Virus record (IMG/VR): IMGVR_UViG_3300010383_000113
Span: 1 to 37,829 of that record
Length of the DNA stretch: 37,829 nucleotides
Direction: 5' to 3' (one strand)
DNA from: a virus
Lineage: Duplodnaviria > Heunggongvirae > Uroviricota > Caudoviricetes
Positions 25,062 through 34,352 of the stretch are shown in pieces. Made by a program: the position numbers and the translations under genes. Under the pieces are notes generated by a model. It saw only the letters and a list, made by a program, of their open reading frames with translations, made no database searches and had not been told where the DNA came from. Each line of letters opens with the position of its first letter. Within the stretch, counting starts at the first letter, position 1.

Positions 25062-25561
25062 CGCTCATCCTCCTTCGCCGCTTCCCAGCCGTCGAACCAC
25101 TCGTCCCACTCATGATTCTGTTGGTTGGGATGGAACGGATTGTCGTCGAGTTCGTCGCCGTCGTAGAAGCCGTAGTAGCCCCTCACGAAGGCGTTGTCGC
25201 ACAGGGGGTGGTCTCGGCGGTAGTTGTCCATCCAGAGGCGTGTGATGCCGCTACGGCCCTCCTTGAAGGCCTCCAGGACGTAGTCGTAGCCGTGGGAAGT
25301 CAGAGGGTTGGCCAGGAATTTGCCGGCCTTGGAGCCGTCGGGTAGTTCGGTTGCTTCCAGGCAGTCGTCATGCGACCCGCAGTGCTGGGGCGTATCCGCC
25401 TCTTCGTTGTCGTAGGGGCCTTTAGGGTAGTCGTCTGAGTCGTAGGAGGCTTCGTCTTCCGGCGTGGATGGGGCCTTTCCTTCGGCCTCGATCCTTCGCT
25501 TGATGTCCTCTCCGCACGACTCGCACCACACGTCAGCCGCGTAGATGTAGAAACTCGACAT
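25058..25561 (-). CDS. Acidic Cys-containing hypothetical protein
   Basis: YAADVWCESCG...PQHC; C-terminal NPF...W..GW motif. Confidence 0.75.
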   Translation of the reverse strand: MSSFYIYAADVWCESCGEDIKRRIEAEGKAPSTPEDEASYDSDDYPKGPYDNEEADTPQHCGSHDDCLEATELPDGSKAGKFLANPLTSHGYDYVLEAFKEGRSGITRLWMDNYRRDHPLCDNAFVRGYYGFYDGDELDDNPFHPNQQNHEWDEWFDGWEAAKEDER

Positions 25562-25579
25562 GCGACCTCCGGTCGTGGG

Positions 25580-25906
25580 TTAGTCGTGGTTCGACTTCAT
25601 TTTTCTCCGCCAGATTTGACTACGCAAACGTCTCTCTCGGACGAAGAATGGAAGCAAGGCCCAGTCGTCGACCCCGTCGGGGGTTTCGGAATCGTAAAAT
25701 CGGCCCTTGTACTCCACAAAGGCGTGGTCGAATCCGTCTTCATTGGACTTCAACGACCAGAGTATGGTGTCACTTACGAGATTGGCGTCAGGAATGAGTT
25801 TGCAGATCTCCTTGGCGAACCACTCACAGTTTCCGTCGTTCGTCGCCTGGGGGTCGATGCCTTCCCGGATGATAAAATCGCGGATAACCACGCTGATCTC
25901 GGTCAT
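25580..25906 (-). CDS. Hypothetical protein (possible papain/transglutaminase-like Cys-His-Asp)
   Basis: NDGNCEWFA...HAFVEYKGRFYD. Confidence 0.6.
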   Translation of the reverse strand: MTEISVVIRDFIIREGIDPQATNDGNCEWFAKEICKLIPDANLVSDTILWSLKSNEDGFDHAFVEYKGRFYDSETPDGVDDWALLPFFVRERRLRSQIWRRKMKSNHD

Positions 25907-26464
25907 TTAGTCTCTCAGGGTTAATTCGTAGACGCTCGAAAGGGCCAGGTGCTTGACGATCTCGTCCGTCGGGTTGATGTATCCGTGGCCGTGTTCTTCG
26001 ATGAGTTCGGTCACAATCTCTTTGATCCGATTGACGCCCATGCCGGATTCCCAGCCGTCCTCGTACTCATCGCGAATCCAGATGAGTTGATCGGCATGGA
26101 AGATGGTAAGTCGTTTTCGGATCTCTTGGACGATGTAGAGGATCTGATGAGGTATCACCCTGACGTTCATCCAAGGCTTCAGGATGTACTGATTACGCCT
26201 CCATTCCGAGACAACGTCGGGTTTGTAACGGTCGGAAACGAAGAAGTCGAAGTGGGGCACGTCAGTCTCCCCCACCCAGTCATACCAGGCGATTAGGCAA
26301 GACCCCCGAGTCACCTTACCGTCGCCCCACTGCCATTCGTCGACCCGCTGTCCTCGGCAGTACAACTCCAGGGCTTTGATGATTCGATGCCCGCCACGAC
26401 CACGCTGAGTCTCGATCAGCGACATTCCGATCATCTCATGTTCCTTTACTGTGATGGACGACAT
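25907..26464 (-). CDS. Hypothetical protein
   Basis: 185 aa ORF. Confidence 0.7.
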   Translation of the reverse strand: MSSITVKEHEMIGMSLIETQRGRGGHRIIKALELYCRGQRVDEWQWGDGKVTRGSCLIAWYDWVGETDVPHFDFFVSDRYKPDVVSEWRRNQYILKPWMNVRVIPHQILYIVQEIRKRLTIFHADQLIWIRDEYEDGWESGMGVNRIKEIVTELIEEHGHGYINPTDEIVKHLALSSVYELTLRD

Positions 26465-26684
26465 GCGGGATTCGACGTCCTCGCATCTTGCAGAGGGCGT
26501 AGAGGGCGATCAGGAGCCCCGTGGCGAGGCCCATGAGCCCGAAGGTGGCCGAGAACACGGCCAAGATCAGGTTGCCTTCCGTGCTGGAAACAGGCCCTAT
26601 GAGGTGAGGGGCGATCAAAGCCCCCAGGCCGGTCCCCGTCGTCATGCCGAGGTTGTTCAGCAGGAACCTCTCTTCGTCATCCAC
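26436..26684 (-). CDS. Small membrane protein
   Basis: Two hydrophobic segments. Confidence 0.6.
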   Translation of the reverse strand: MDDEERFLLNNLGMTTGTGLGALIAPHLIGPVSSTEGNLILAVFSATFGLMGLATGLLIALYALCKMRGRRIPHVVHHSKGT

Positions 26685-26818
26685 CCCCTGCTCCTCCTAA
26701 TGCCCAAGGCGTTCATCGCACGGCCACCGTTGATTGTAGGACAGCGAACTCGTCGTCATCGTGGAATGCCCGAAGAGTAGCAGGGAGGGGCCGACCTCAC
26801 ACCTCGGCCCCGACTCGA

Positions 26819-27397
26819 TCACTTCCGGCGAAGGCCCAGGCCTGCGACACCGATCAGGCCGCCCGCCATCATGAGGGCCGACGTCGGTTCCGGCACGACG
26901 GGGTTGCCCCCTTGGGGAGCCGTCAAGATGAGGCTTCCCGAAAGGATGTCCGTGGTCGAGAGGCCGTAATTGAAGCTGGGGGCGTTGAAGCGGATCGAGA
27001 TGTACCCGGTCGCCGCCTCCCCCGTCGCCCAGTTCCCGGCGATCTTCGTGGCCAGCATCAGGTAGTCGTCGCCCGCCTGGCGTGTCACGGTCACGCGGTC
27101 GATGAAAGCCCCCGAGAAAATGCTGTCGCCGGCCGCGTTCGCCAGGACGATGGATCCTCCGCTGTCGAAGATCCTCGCCCCCAGGGACGCGAGGAAGTCC
27201 CCGGTGGCGAAGTCGAGCGTGTAGGCCTCGGGGCCGCCGTCCACGTTGAAGTCGAGCCCGAACAAGGGTGATTCCGCCCCATCCCAGGCCAATCCGCCGT
27301 CGCTGGACCCGAGACTCAAGACGACGTCCCCGGCCCGGACCATGCCCGTGCAGAGAGCCGTCGCCACCAAGAATGCCGCAAACCTCATCATCGCCAC
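26819..27397 (-). CDS. Secreted PEP-CTERM sorting-domain protein
   Basis: Signal peptide MMRFAAFLVATALCTGMVRAG; C-terminus VVPEPTSALMMAGGLIGVAGLGLRRK. Confidence 0.9.
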   Translation of the reverse strand: MAMMRFAAFLVATALCTGMVRAGDVVLSLGSSDGGLAWDGAESPLFGLDFNVDGGPEAYTLDFATGDFLASLGARIFDSGGSIVLANAAGDSIFSGAFIDRVTVTRQAGDDYLMLATKIAGNWATGEAATGYISIRFNAPSFNYGLSTTDILSGSLILTAPQGGNPVVPEPTSALMMAGGLIGVAGLGLRRK

Positions 27398-27459
27398 CTC
27401 CTAGGTTTGAGAGAACCCTAAGAGCCTAGCGACGTGGACCCAGGGCCACAAGGATGTCC

Positions 27460-27915
27460 TCATGAATCAACGTCGGCTTCGTCGTCCTCATCCGCCAGTT
27501 CTTCGAGCTTCTGCACGACCAGGCCGAAGACCTCCTCATACTCGGTGGCCATGCCCATGAGCAGGGCGTCTAGGATTGGACGAACTTCAGATCCGTAGTC
27601 CTCGACAGCCCGGTCGACGTACCCGTACCGATCGACCCGGCTGTGTAGCCATCCCGTCCGCCGATGCGTGTAGATCTCATCGAAGTTCGACCTGGCTTCG
27701 TCCAAATCGCTCAGTTCGGCGATGTTGTCCACCACCATCTCGATGAACTCATACCTCCAGTCGTCTGGGAGCATGTCTCCGTGGGCGTGGTGGCAGACGT
27801 CCGTCATCCACTGCGGACTACCATCCTTCAGTGTGACGAATTCCTGATCGTCATTTCTCTTGCGACGCTCGAACGCCCGGCTCATCTCTTCGGCGAGACT
27901 CTTGACTGTCGACAT
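27460..27915 (-). CDS. Acidic hypothetical protein (possible DNA mimic)
   Basis: HGDMLPDDWRYE...DEIYTHRRTGWL...EELADEDDEADVDS. Confidence 0.7.
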   Translation of the reverse strand: MSTVKSLAEEMSRAFERRKRNDDQEFVTLKDGSPQWMTDVCHHAHGDMLPDDWRYEFIEMVVDNIAELSDLDEARSNFDEIYTHRRTGWLHSRVDRYGYVDRAVEDYGSEVRPILDALLMGMATEYEEVFGLVVQKLEELADEDDEADVDS

Positions 27916-27959
27916 GGCTAAGTCCTTGGTCGGCTTCGCCGACGGTAGCAGAGAGGACC

Positions 27960-28466
27960 TTACAGGTGGTTGATCAGCGTGCCCAGGGCTAACAATCCGC
28001 CGATCGCGGCGACCAGGATGATCAAGGCCTTGAGACAACCATCCAGGGCCGTTTCACGAACAGCCTCAACCTTAACCTTCCGGCCCTGCGGCTTGAAGTC
28101 ATCATAACGGCCCGAGTGGTGGATGTCGTAGTGCCACGTCCGGTTCTTCTTGATCTTCTCGATGTCCAGGAAGACCCCGAAGTTCTCGCCGGGTCGCCCG
28201 CCCACGATGATGGCGTCCACCAAGAAACTCTGATCGGGAATACCGTCTCGATTCAGGAATTTGCGAAACTCGGCGGCCTCCTGTCTTGGGAAGTGGCCGA
28301 CGTCCAAACCACAGATCATCACCTTGACCGCGTTCCTGTCGTGGGAATTGTCGTCTTCCAGGACGACTTCCGCCGTACACTTCTGACGATGGCCGCCGAA
28401 CGCCCACCCGACGAGCTTGACGAAACTCTTGGTGTGGAAGGATTCGCCCACGACTTCAAAGTACAC
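27960..28466 (-). CDS. HIRAN-domain protein with C-terminal TM helix
   Basis: FEVVGESFH, LEDDNSHDRNAVKV, VGHFPRQEA; hydrophobic tail. Confidence 0.8.
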   Translation of the reverse strand: MYFEVVGESFHTKSFVKLVGWAFGGHRQKCTAEVVLEDDNSHDRNAVKVMICGLDVGHFPRQEAAEFRKFLNRDGIPDQSFLVDAIIVGGRPGENFGVFLDIEKIKKNRTWHYDIHHSGRYDDFKPQGRKVKVEAVRETALDGCLKALIILVAAIGGLLALGTLINHL

Positions 28467-28493
28467 TCGCTGCTCCTGTCCTGTTCGGGCTGT

Positions 28494-28862
28494 TCATGAG
28501 GGCAGATCAATCTCTACGATTTCCCCCTTGAAGTAGCCGAGGTACTCGTCCAGGTATGCGTCTCGCCCGACCTTCTTATTGCTGGGCTTAGTAAAACTGT
28601 AAGTCCCCGTAAATCGGAAGAGTTTGCCGTCCTCAAGGTCAAGATTGTTGATGTACTCACACAGATGGTCGTAGTACCACGGATTGGACTCCATCCCCTC
28701 AAACTCGTCTTGAATGACTGTCCATCCTAGTCCCGAGTAGGGCGAGGTAGCAATCAGAATGAATCCCTTGTACTTCCTGCCGATCTTTGGGGCCAGATGG
28801 CCCCAGGTGTCCTGCCGGACTTCCATGAACTTGCGTTCGCCGTAAGCGTCAACCAATGGCAT
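28494..28862 (-). CDS. Hypothetical protein
   Basis: 122 aa ORF. Confidence 0.7.
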   Translation of the reverse strand: MPLVDAYGERKFMEVRQDTWGHLAPKIGRKYKGFILIATSPYSGLGWTVIQDEFEGMESNPWYYDHLCEYINNLDLEDGKLFRFTGTYSFTKPSNKKVGRDAYLDEYLGYFKGEIVEIDLPS

Positions 28863-28958
28863 CGCTTATACCTCGATTGTTGGCTGGATGGTGCATCCTC
28901 GCAGCCCTCCTCGGTCGGCTTTGCCGACGGCAGCCGGGAGGGCCTTAAGGGCCGTTGA

Positions 28959-29273
28959 TCAACACTCGTCCTTTGCCGGCGGTTGCTGATCTCGTAAGGT
29001 CATGGCCGCCAGCATACCTTCCAGTAGCGTACGGGACGACTGGTCAGCGGCCCGAACGTAGGAGGTTACTAGCTCCCCGTAGGCTTTGGCGTAGATCTCC
29101 TCGGCCGTCCCGATCAGTCCGGCGATCTTGGCCAACTCGTCAGCCAGTTCTCTCTGATAGACCCTCCGGCAGTTGTTAGACAAGAACTCCAGACATTGCT
29201 GGGCGTGCCCCAGCAGCTCTACGGCCCTCCTCGGTGAAGCCAACTCGCCAGGCGTTTCTTCGACAGTCGACAT
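28959..29273 (-). CDS. Hypothetical helical protein
   Basis: MSTVEETPG...; GGAGG RBS. Confidence 0.7.
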   Translation of the reverse strand: MSTVEETPGELASPRRAVELLGHAQQCLEFLSNNCRRVYQRELADELAKIAGLIGTAEEIYAKAYGELVTSYVRAADQSSRTLLEGMLAAMTLRDQQPPAKDEC

Positions 29274-29314
29274 GATTCCTCCAAGGGTGTTGGGGATCGC
29301 CCTACCTGCTCCTC

Positions 29315-29731
29315 TTAGATGTCTTCCCACTCAGGTGCGTCGTCCGACGAGGATGAGATCGTTCTGATGGTGACGCCCTGCCCCATCTCCCCTTCAGGCG
29401 GTATGGCACCAATGGCGAAGTCCCGACACTCGCGTTCGGCCATCAATAGGGCTTTGTTGATCCGAACCAAGCCGTCCTTGGACGTCACCATTCCCGCGTT
29501 CTTGGGGTCGTTGTTTATCCTCTTCATGACCATGCGGTGGAGGGCGTGCTCGGCGACCCCTTCGACGCCCCTCATGATCATCTCGGTGTTCAGGCCGTAA
29601 CGCCCCTCATCCCAATTTCGCAGGCTGTTCTCGAACTCGGCCGCGAACTCTTCATCAGGGACGGATCCCATATAGCCGTCGATAATGAAGGTGATCGTCA
29701 GTTCGCGTCTGTCGTAGTGGCGTTTGCCCAT
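29315..29731 (-). CDS. Hypothetical protein
   Basis: 138 aa ORF. Confidence 0.7.
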   Translation of the reverse strand: MGKRHYDRRELTITFIIDGYMGSVPDEEFAAEFENSLRNWDEGRYGLNTEMIMRGVEGVAEHALHRMVMKRINNDPKNAGMVTSKDGLVRINKALLMAERECRDFAIGAIPPEGEMGQGVTIRTISSSSDDAPEWEDI

Positions 29732-29734
29732 CCG

Positions 29735-29953
29735 TCAGCCCTTTTTCGACAGTGGAAACCCGCAGCCCACACAATCTTTGTCGGCGTGCTGAGTCAAGGA
29801 GTCGTATTCACGAGAAAACTGACCCGACTCGAAGGCCCCCGAGTAGAGGCTCATCGCATACATCCCGCAGGCCTCGCAGCAGAAAGGCCACACTTCCCCG
29901 GTGGCCTCGCCGTCTTCGTCCAGGAAGAAGACTACTGGGATCATTTCGTCCAC
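29735..29953 (-). CDS. Small Cys-rich protein
   Basis: CCEAC...CVGC; GGAGG RBS. Confidence 0.6.
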   Translation of the reverse strand: MDEMIPVVFFLDEDGEATGEVWPFCCEACGMYAMSLYSGAFESGQFSREYDSLTQHADKDCVGCGFPLSKKG

Positions 29954-29972
29954 GGCCGCCACCTCCGAAGTT

Positions 29973-30194
29973 CTAACTATCGTCCCTGATGATCGAAACC
30001 GTGACGTCGCCGTCTGTGTACTCCTGATCGACCATGAGGCGTTCCCTGAGTTCTTCACGACTTTCAAGGGCCGGGATGACCCCGTTGTCTTCGGCGTCGT
30101 CCAGGCAGCATTCGACGGCCTCCTCGATCGTCTCGGTCTTGGTCAGGATCCTCCGTTCGCCGTCTCGTTCCTCGATCACGATGTAGCCTAGCAT
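29973..30194 (-). CDS. Acidic hypothetical protein
   Basis: 73 aa ORF. Confidence 0.65.
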   Translation of the reverse strand: MLGYIVIEERDGERRILTKTETIEEAVECCLDDAEDNGVIPALESREELRERLMVDQEYTDGDVTVSIIRDDS

Positions 30195-30251
30195 GGTCGC
30201 CTTTCGGTCGGCTTCGCCGACGTAGCAGGGAGGGCTGTCTACAAACGCCGC

Positions 30252-30599
30252 CTAGATACTAACATCGACTTTGGCCGTCGGGTACTTCTCGCACGCCTCC
30301 AGGAGTCTTTTGAGCCACGGCAGGAAGTTCTTGTAGGTGTCCCATCCGTTTGGCGAATCGTGGCTCCGGAAGTGGTCGGGATTGGCTTCCATCGCGGCGA
30401 TCCCGTCCCGCAGCGTGGAGATGAGTTGATCGGCCTGCGTGATGCCGAGTTCTTCGGGGTGCCAGAGCGGAGTGTAGAGGCCCGCTTCCTCGGCCATGCG
30501 TGTGAGGTTGTGGGTGATGTTGGCGTCGAAGACGATGGTCTCGAACCGCTCGCCGTCATCGTAGGTGCCGGAACGGATCAACGAGATGTCGAGGGACAT
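30252..30599 (-). CDS. Hypothetical protein
   Basis: MSLDISL..ANITHNLTRMAEEAGLY..LW.PEE..PNGW..Y; AAGGAG RBS. Confidence 0.8.
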   Translation of the reverse strand: MSLDISLIRSGTYDDGERFETIVFDANITHNLTRMAEEAGLYTPLWHPEELGITQADQLISTLRDGIAAMEANPDHFRSHDSPNGWDTYKNFLPWLKRLLEACEKYPTAKVDVSI

Positions 30600-30615
30600 A
30601 GGGGCTCCTTTTACT

Positions 30616-30894
30616 TCAAGGGGCGGGGCGAGACTCTAGGACTTCCCGGATAGAGGTTTCAGAATACCCGGACTCGATCAGGAATTGAATCTGGGACTGG
30701 AATCCGCCGTTGTTGATCTCGGACGCTTTGTGCTCGGCCCGACCGATGATCTCTTCTTGCTCGGCCTCATCGTCGGTGGAATTGAGGGCCTCTTCCACGT
30801 CCGATTGACAGGTGGTGTGAACCAGCTCGTCCAAGGCGTCCTCATCACACCCCTCGGCCCTCTTTAGAAGATGAACCACTCTCTCGTCTGACAT
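30616..30894 (-). CDS. Acidic hypothetical protein
   Basis: LDELVH...ASEINNGG..SQIQFL. Confidence 0.75.
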   Translation of the reverse strand: MSDERVVHLLKRAEGCDEDALDELVHTTCQSDVEEALNSTDDEAEQEEIIGRAEHKASEINNGGFQSQIQFLIESGYSETSIREVLESRPAP

Positions 30895-30963
30895 ACGATC
30901 AATCTCCAGCCAGTAGGATGATGCCCCCTGCCCTCCCTGCTACTCTCCACGCCGCAGGCGTGC

Positions 30964-31251
30964 TCAGTGGGTATAGGCCGGATGGTTCAGGGGACTGTCG
31001 GCGTCCATCCAGTGAGTACCACAATGGCCGCATCGCCACTCGAAGCCGCTACAGCATCCGATGTGGGCCACCATGCCCGGGGACGGCTTGTCGTCGTAGT
31101 CGTCGCAGTCATCCCAGGCGTAAGCCGAGAGTTCGCGGCACCCAGGGCAGATTTCGATGAAGCCCGAGAGGATCAGTCGGCGAACTTCGAACCCATTCCT
31201 CCGAATCAAATCACCATACTCGGACAACCAGTCGTCCGAACGCTGGCCCAT
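30964..31251 (-). CDS. Zinc-ribbon protein
   Basis: CPGC...CGHC; AAGGA RBS. Confidence 0.7.
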   Translation of the reverse strand: MGQRSDDWLSEYGDLIRRNGFEVRRLILSGFIEICPGCRELSAYAWDDCDDYDDKPSPGMVAHIGCCSGFEWRCGHCGTHWMDADSPLNHPAYTH

Positions 31252-31488
31252 AATGAGAGTCCTTAAGGCCCCACTTGAGAAGTAGTCGATACCTCACACG
31301 AAGTTGTCTGGGTGGTGGGAGCAGGAGGCCCCATGAATGGTATTGACGATCGACACATCGCCAGGGATCGTCGCCCCGCATTCGTCGCAGATAACCTCGC
31401 CATCCTCGATGTCGTCGAACACGTCCGCATCGTCTTGGAGTGGCTCATGAAAAGTCCTTAAGGCCCCATATGAAGAAGTAATGGGGCC
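31252..31488. repeat. Imperfect direct repeat of about 30 bp upstream of two adjacent genes; second copy forms a hairpin
   Basis: AGTCCTTAAGGCCCCA at 31258 and 31453, each followed by a GAAGTA block; GGCCCCAT-N11-ATGGGGCC at 31462-31488. Confidence 0.75.
31294..31422 (-). CDS. Small Zn-binding protein (start uncertain)
   Basis: Frame MFDDIEDGEVICDECGATIPGDVSIVNTIHGASCSHHPDNFV. Confidence 0.45.
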   Translation of the reverse strand: MFDDIEDGEVICDECGATIPGDVSIVNTIHGASCSHHPDNFV

Positions 31489-31840
31489 GTAATCTCAAAG
31501 TATGAAGGGGTTAATCCCCAGGGAATGGCCGCGAAGTCCACGCGATTGTCGCATGGGGTTGGAGAATGGCCTGGGGGATGTTCGGTGACGTCTCACGCCC
31601 TACTAGATAGGACGAAGACCGTCAGGAGTGAGGGGAAAGGTGAGAGATCGCGAGAGGTTGGTATCGACGTAAGTCGTTTGCCTGTCAGGCGATTATAGAG
31701 AGGTCCTTTCTGGGGATGATAATAAAACCCAATAAACAACACAGTAACCATAGAAGGAGACAGCGAAAGGGGGCTTGAGAGGGTTGCACCTCGTCCCCCC
31801 TTCCTGCTCCACCTAGGATTTTAGGTGGTTGCCTAGGCAT

Positions 31841-32059
31841 CTATCTCCTCTGTAGTCGCTTCCTCCAAAGTCCATGATATCCGCCGGAAGTCCATGCGTA
31901 ATCTTGACTTACGAACGCTCCGCGAGTGATATCCCAGAACCCGACCTGGACGCAGGGCTTCGTGAAGCAGTAGATCCTGAGCCCATCATCGTTACGTCCC
32001 AGGATGGTGACGCCGTGCGAGATGAGGTTTTCTAGCTCGCGATCGGGGATGTAGGACAC
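31841..32059 (-). CDS. Hypothetical protein
   Basis: 72 aa ORF. Confidence 0.6.
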   Translation of the reverse strand: MSYIPDRELENLISHGVTILGRNDDGLRIYCFTKPCVQVGFWDITRGAFVSQDYAWTSGGYHGLWRKRLQRR

Positions 32060-32245
32060 GTTCGGAGCCCTCGTTAAATGGGTTTTTGACCCTAGGGAAA
32101 ACCTACGCCATCAAAACTGTACTATCGATCTAGCACACTCAGCGTAACATCATGAAATACAATGAGTTACGCCGAGATTTGTGGTTTGGAAGGGCTGGGA
32201 GTTCAGAACATTAAACTACCGAAAACAACATTAAACTACGTCCGA

Positions 32246-32473
32246 TCAGCCTCCGACACCGATCTTGATGCCCGTTCTGGTGCTGGCACGGCGATGGTTG
32301 CGTCCCGAGGTTCCGAGACGATGCGTCCGCAGGGTTTTGCTCTTGTGGTTCTTGGTGTGACCTCCACGCCCGCCCCAGCGATCCGGCCTGACGCAGAACG
32401 GGCAGCAGACGAAGGCGTAGTACCAGCCAACCGACATCTTATCATCGCGGAGCGGGGCGTATCCGATCTTCAT
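32246..32473 (-). CDS. Small basic hypothetical protein
   Basis: 75 aa; CCPFC; GAGGA RBS. Confidence 0.5.
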   Translation of the reverse strand: MKIGYAPLRDDKMSVGWYYAFVCCPFCVRPDRWGGRGGHTKNHKSKTLRTHRLGTSGRNHRRASTRTGIKIGVGG

Positions 32474-32474
32474 T

Positions 32475-32732
32475 TTAGTCGTCCTCGACCCTCTCTTGCT
32501 CCCAGTGTTCGGCGATCTCGCTCCAGTCCACCTTATTGTAGTCGGCCGCCCCGTCCATGTCCGGGGTGCCGTTGGGCATCAGCTCGCGGACGAACTCCTC
32601 GACGTCGTCGGCCGTGATCTCGTTGTACCGCCGACGCATCCAGCGTATCCGCTCGCGGTACATCGGCTCGTCGTTGTCGATCCAGAGGGCGACGTTCCAG
32701 GTCTCCCAGTTGGTCCAGCCGTTATACGACAT
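32475..32732 (-). CDS. Phage-type hypothetical protein (YNGWTN.ETW family)
   Basis: MSYNGWTNWETWNVALWIDNDE...VDWSEIAE. Confidence 0.8.
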   Translation of the reverse strand: MSYNGWTNWETWNVALWIDNDEPMYRERIRWMRRRYNEITADDVEEFVRELMPNGTPDMDGAADYNKVDWSEIAEHWEQERVEDD

Positions 32733-32738
32733 GCGTCG

Positions 32739-32963
32739 TCACTCCTTCGGAGTGGGAGCAGGGAGGGTGATCTCGATGAAGACGGGCCAATCGTAGGTGA
32801 TGACTTCGTCTTGGTACATGGAGAGGAAGGCGTTACCGATGGCTTCTTCTACGGTGCGGCCGAAGTGTCCGTCCCTGTAAGGAGGATCGTCGACCACGGC
32901 CCTCGCGTTGTATCCTCCCGGACACTCCTTGACCGTGATCTTGACGTTAGATGTGATCGCCAT
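32739..32963 (-). CDS. Small protein, HicB-like fold possible
   Basis: ITVKECPGGYNARA...FGRTVEEAIGNA. Confidence 0.6.
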   Translation of the reverse strand: MAITSNVKITVKECPGGYNARAVVDDPPYRDGHFGRTVEEAIGNAFLSMYQDEVITYDWPVFIEITLPAPTPKE

Positions 32964-32973
32964 CTCACCCCTG

Positions 32974-33330
32974 CTACTCTTCAATCTTCTCCCTGATGGG
33001 AGACAGGCTTTCGTGGCTGACGCAGAACAGCTCGCCGGCCGGGTATCCATCTTCGGCGATCCTGACGTAGTAGTGCAAGTCGTCGCCGTCGACTTCGATC
33101 TCGACGCCTTCGTTGATGTCCAGGGCTTCGCGGATGTCGTCGTCGCTTAGTCCGTAGCCATAGACCGTCGTCGGGATCCCGTCGATCTCGCGGACGATCT
33201 CGGAGATGATCTCGGCGTCGAGTTCGATTTCCCCTTTGCCGTAGACGTCGTTCACGTCGTATCCGTCTTCGGCGTTCCCCCACACGTCGTAGGTGCGGAC
33301 TTCCCATCGGGTCGTGATCTTCACCTTCAC
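32974..33330 (-). CDS. Acidic hypothetical protein
   Basis: YDVWGNAEDGYDVND motif. Confidence 0.75.
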   Translation of the reverse strand: MKVKITTRWEVRTYDVWGNAEDGYDVNDVYGKGEIELDAEIISEIVREIDGIPTTVYGYGLSDDDIREALDINEGVEIEVDGDDLHYYVRIAEDGYPAGELFCVSHESLSPIREKIEE

Positions 33331-33359
33331 TCCTTCCAGTCGTGGAGAGTAGCAGGGGG

Positions 33360-33632
33360 TTACCTGATGGAATACCCGATTTGACGTAGTGCGTCGGAGT
33401 GGCTGAGTGTTCCTTTGGATCCTCCTATGGGGAAGTGATCTGTTTCTTGTCCTTTCTCATTGGCGGCAAAAATCAAGACTTCCGTGTCGCCACGCCTGAA
33501 GGCGGCGGAAACGACGACGTACTCATAACGAGAGCCGTCGCGTGCTTTCATCGGAGGCTTGAGTCGGTAGAGGACCGCGTCTCCCTTGTGGCAGCCGGCA
33601 GGTCTACAACCCATGACCTTGGCGATTCTCAT
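33360..33632 (-). CDS. Hypothetical protein
   Basis: LYRLKPP..YVVVSA..EVLIF..SH..AL..IGY. Confidence 0.75.
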   Translation of the reverse strand: MRIAKVMGCRPAGCHKGDAVLYRLKPPMKARDGSRYEYVVVSAAFRRGDTEVLIFAANEKGQETDHFPIGGSKGTLSHSDALRQIGYSIR

Positions 33633-34047
33633 TGTCTCTCCGCCTCATTTCATTGGTGTGTGGGAGGAGGTTTCCGTCTGGCATTTTGTAGGCGTGGGTA
33701 CTCTCTTCCGTATTGATGTCCTGGAAGCGATCGGCCGGGACATCCATCGCCAGAATCCGCTTGCCGTCCAGGACATGCGTCCAGACCAGGCGGTTCTCCC
33801 AGATGTCGTACAGGACGTCGAGGATGCCCATGCACCGGCCGCGATAGTGAGCCGACATGGCCTTCCAGGGCGGGGAACTCATGATGGCCGAACGCTGTTC
33901 CAGGATCTCTTCTTGCGGCAAGCCCTCCTCGAAGGCCACCATGTAGAGGTTTCGGAGGCTGGACTTGACGCTACAGTACGCCTTGTAGTCCTTCTCCCAT
34001 CGCAGTTCAGCCCGACGCTTCCTCTTCTCCTCGATTGTCATGGGCAT
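33604..34047 (-). CDS. Hypothetical protein
   Basis: MPMTIEEKRK...; GGAG RBS. Confidence 0.7.
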   Translation of the reverse strand: MPMTIEEKRKRRAELRWEKDYKAYCSVKSSLRNLYMVAFEEGLPQEEILEQRSAIMSSPPWKAMSAHYRGRCMGILDVLYDIWENRLVWTHVLDGKRILAMDVPADRFQDINTEESTHAYKMPDGNLLPHTNEMRRRDNENRQGHGL

Positions 34048-34103
34048 GGTCGTTACGCTCCGGCTATCGGACAGTGGGATTGTAATGGGATCGCCCCTCC
34101 CTG

Positions 34104-34352
34104 CTACTCTTTGTCGATCAGATGGGGAAAGTAGACAGTCAGCGTCTCGTCCTCGTCGACGTTGAGCATATCTTCCCACCTGGGGATGAGACTGGGATCC
34201 CCCGCCGGAATGGGGGAGATCCCTCTAGCCGCGTCGCTCGCCTCACCCCCAAAGACCATGTCCACCCCGTCCCCCATCGGATGTTCTTCCCCGGTGGGGT
34301 TGTGGCGTACGGCGTAGAAGCTGGAATACTCGATCACGCTGAAAGTCTTCAT
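34104..34352 (-). CDS. Hypothetical protein
   Basis: 82 aa; GGAG RBS. Confidence 0.7.
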   Translation of the reverse strand: MKTFSVIEYSSFYAVRHNPTGEEHPMGDGVDMVFGGEASDAARGISPIPAGDPSLIPRWEDMLNVDEDETLTVYFPHLIDKE

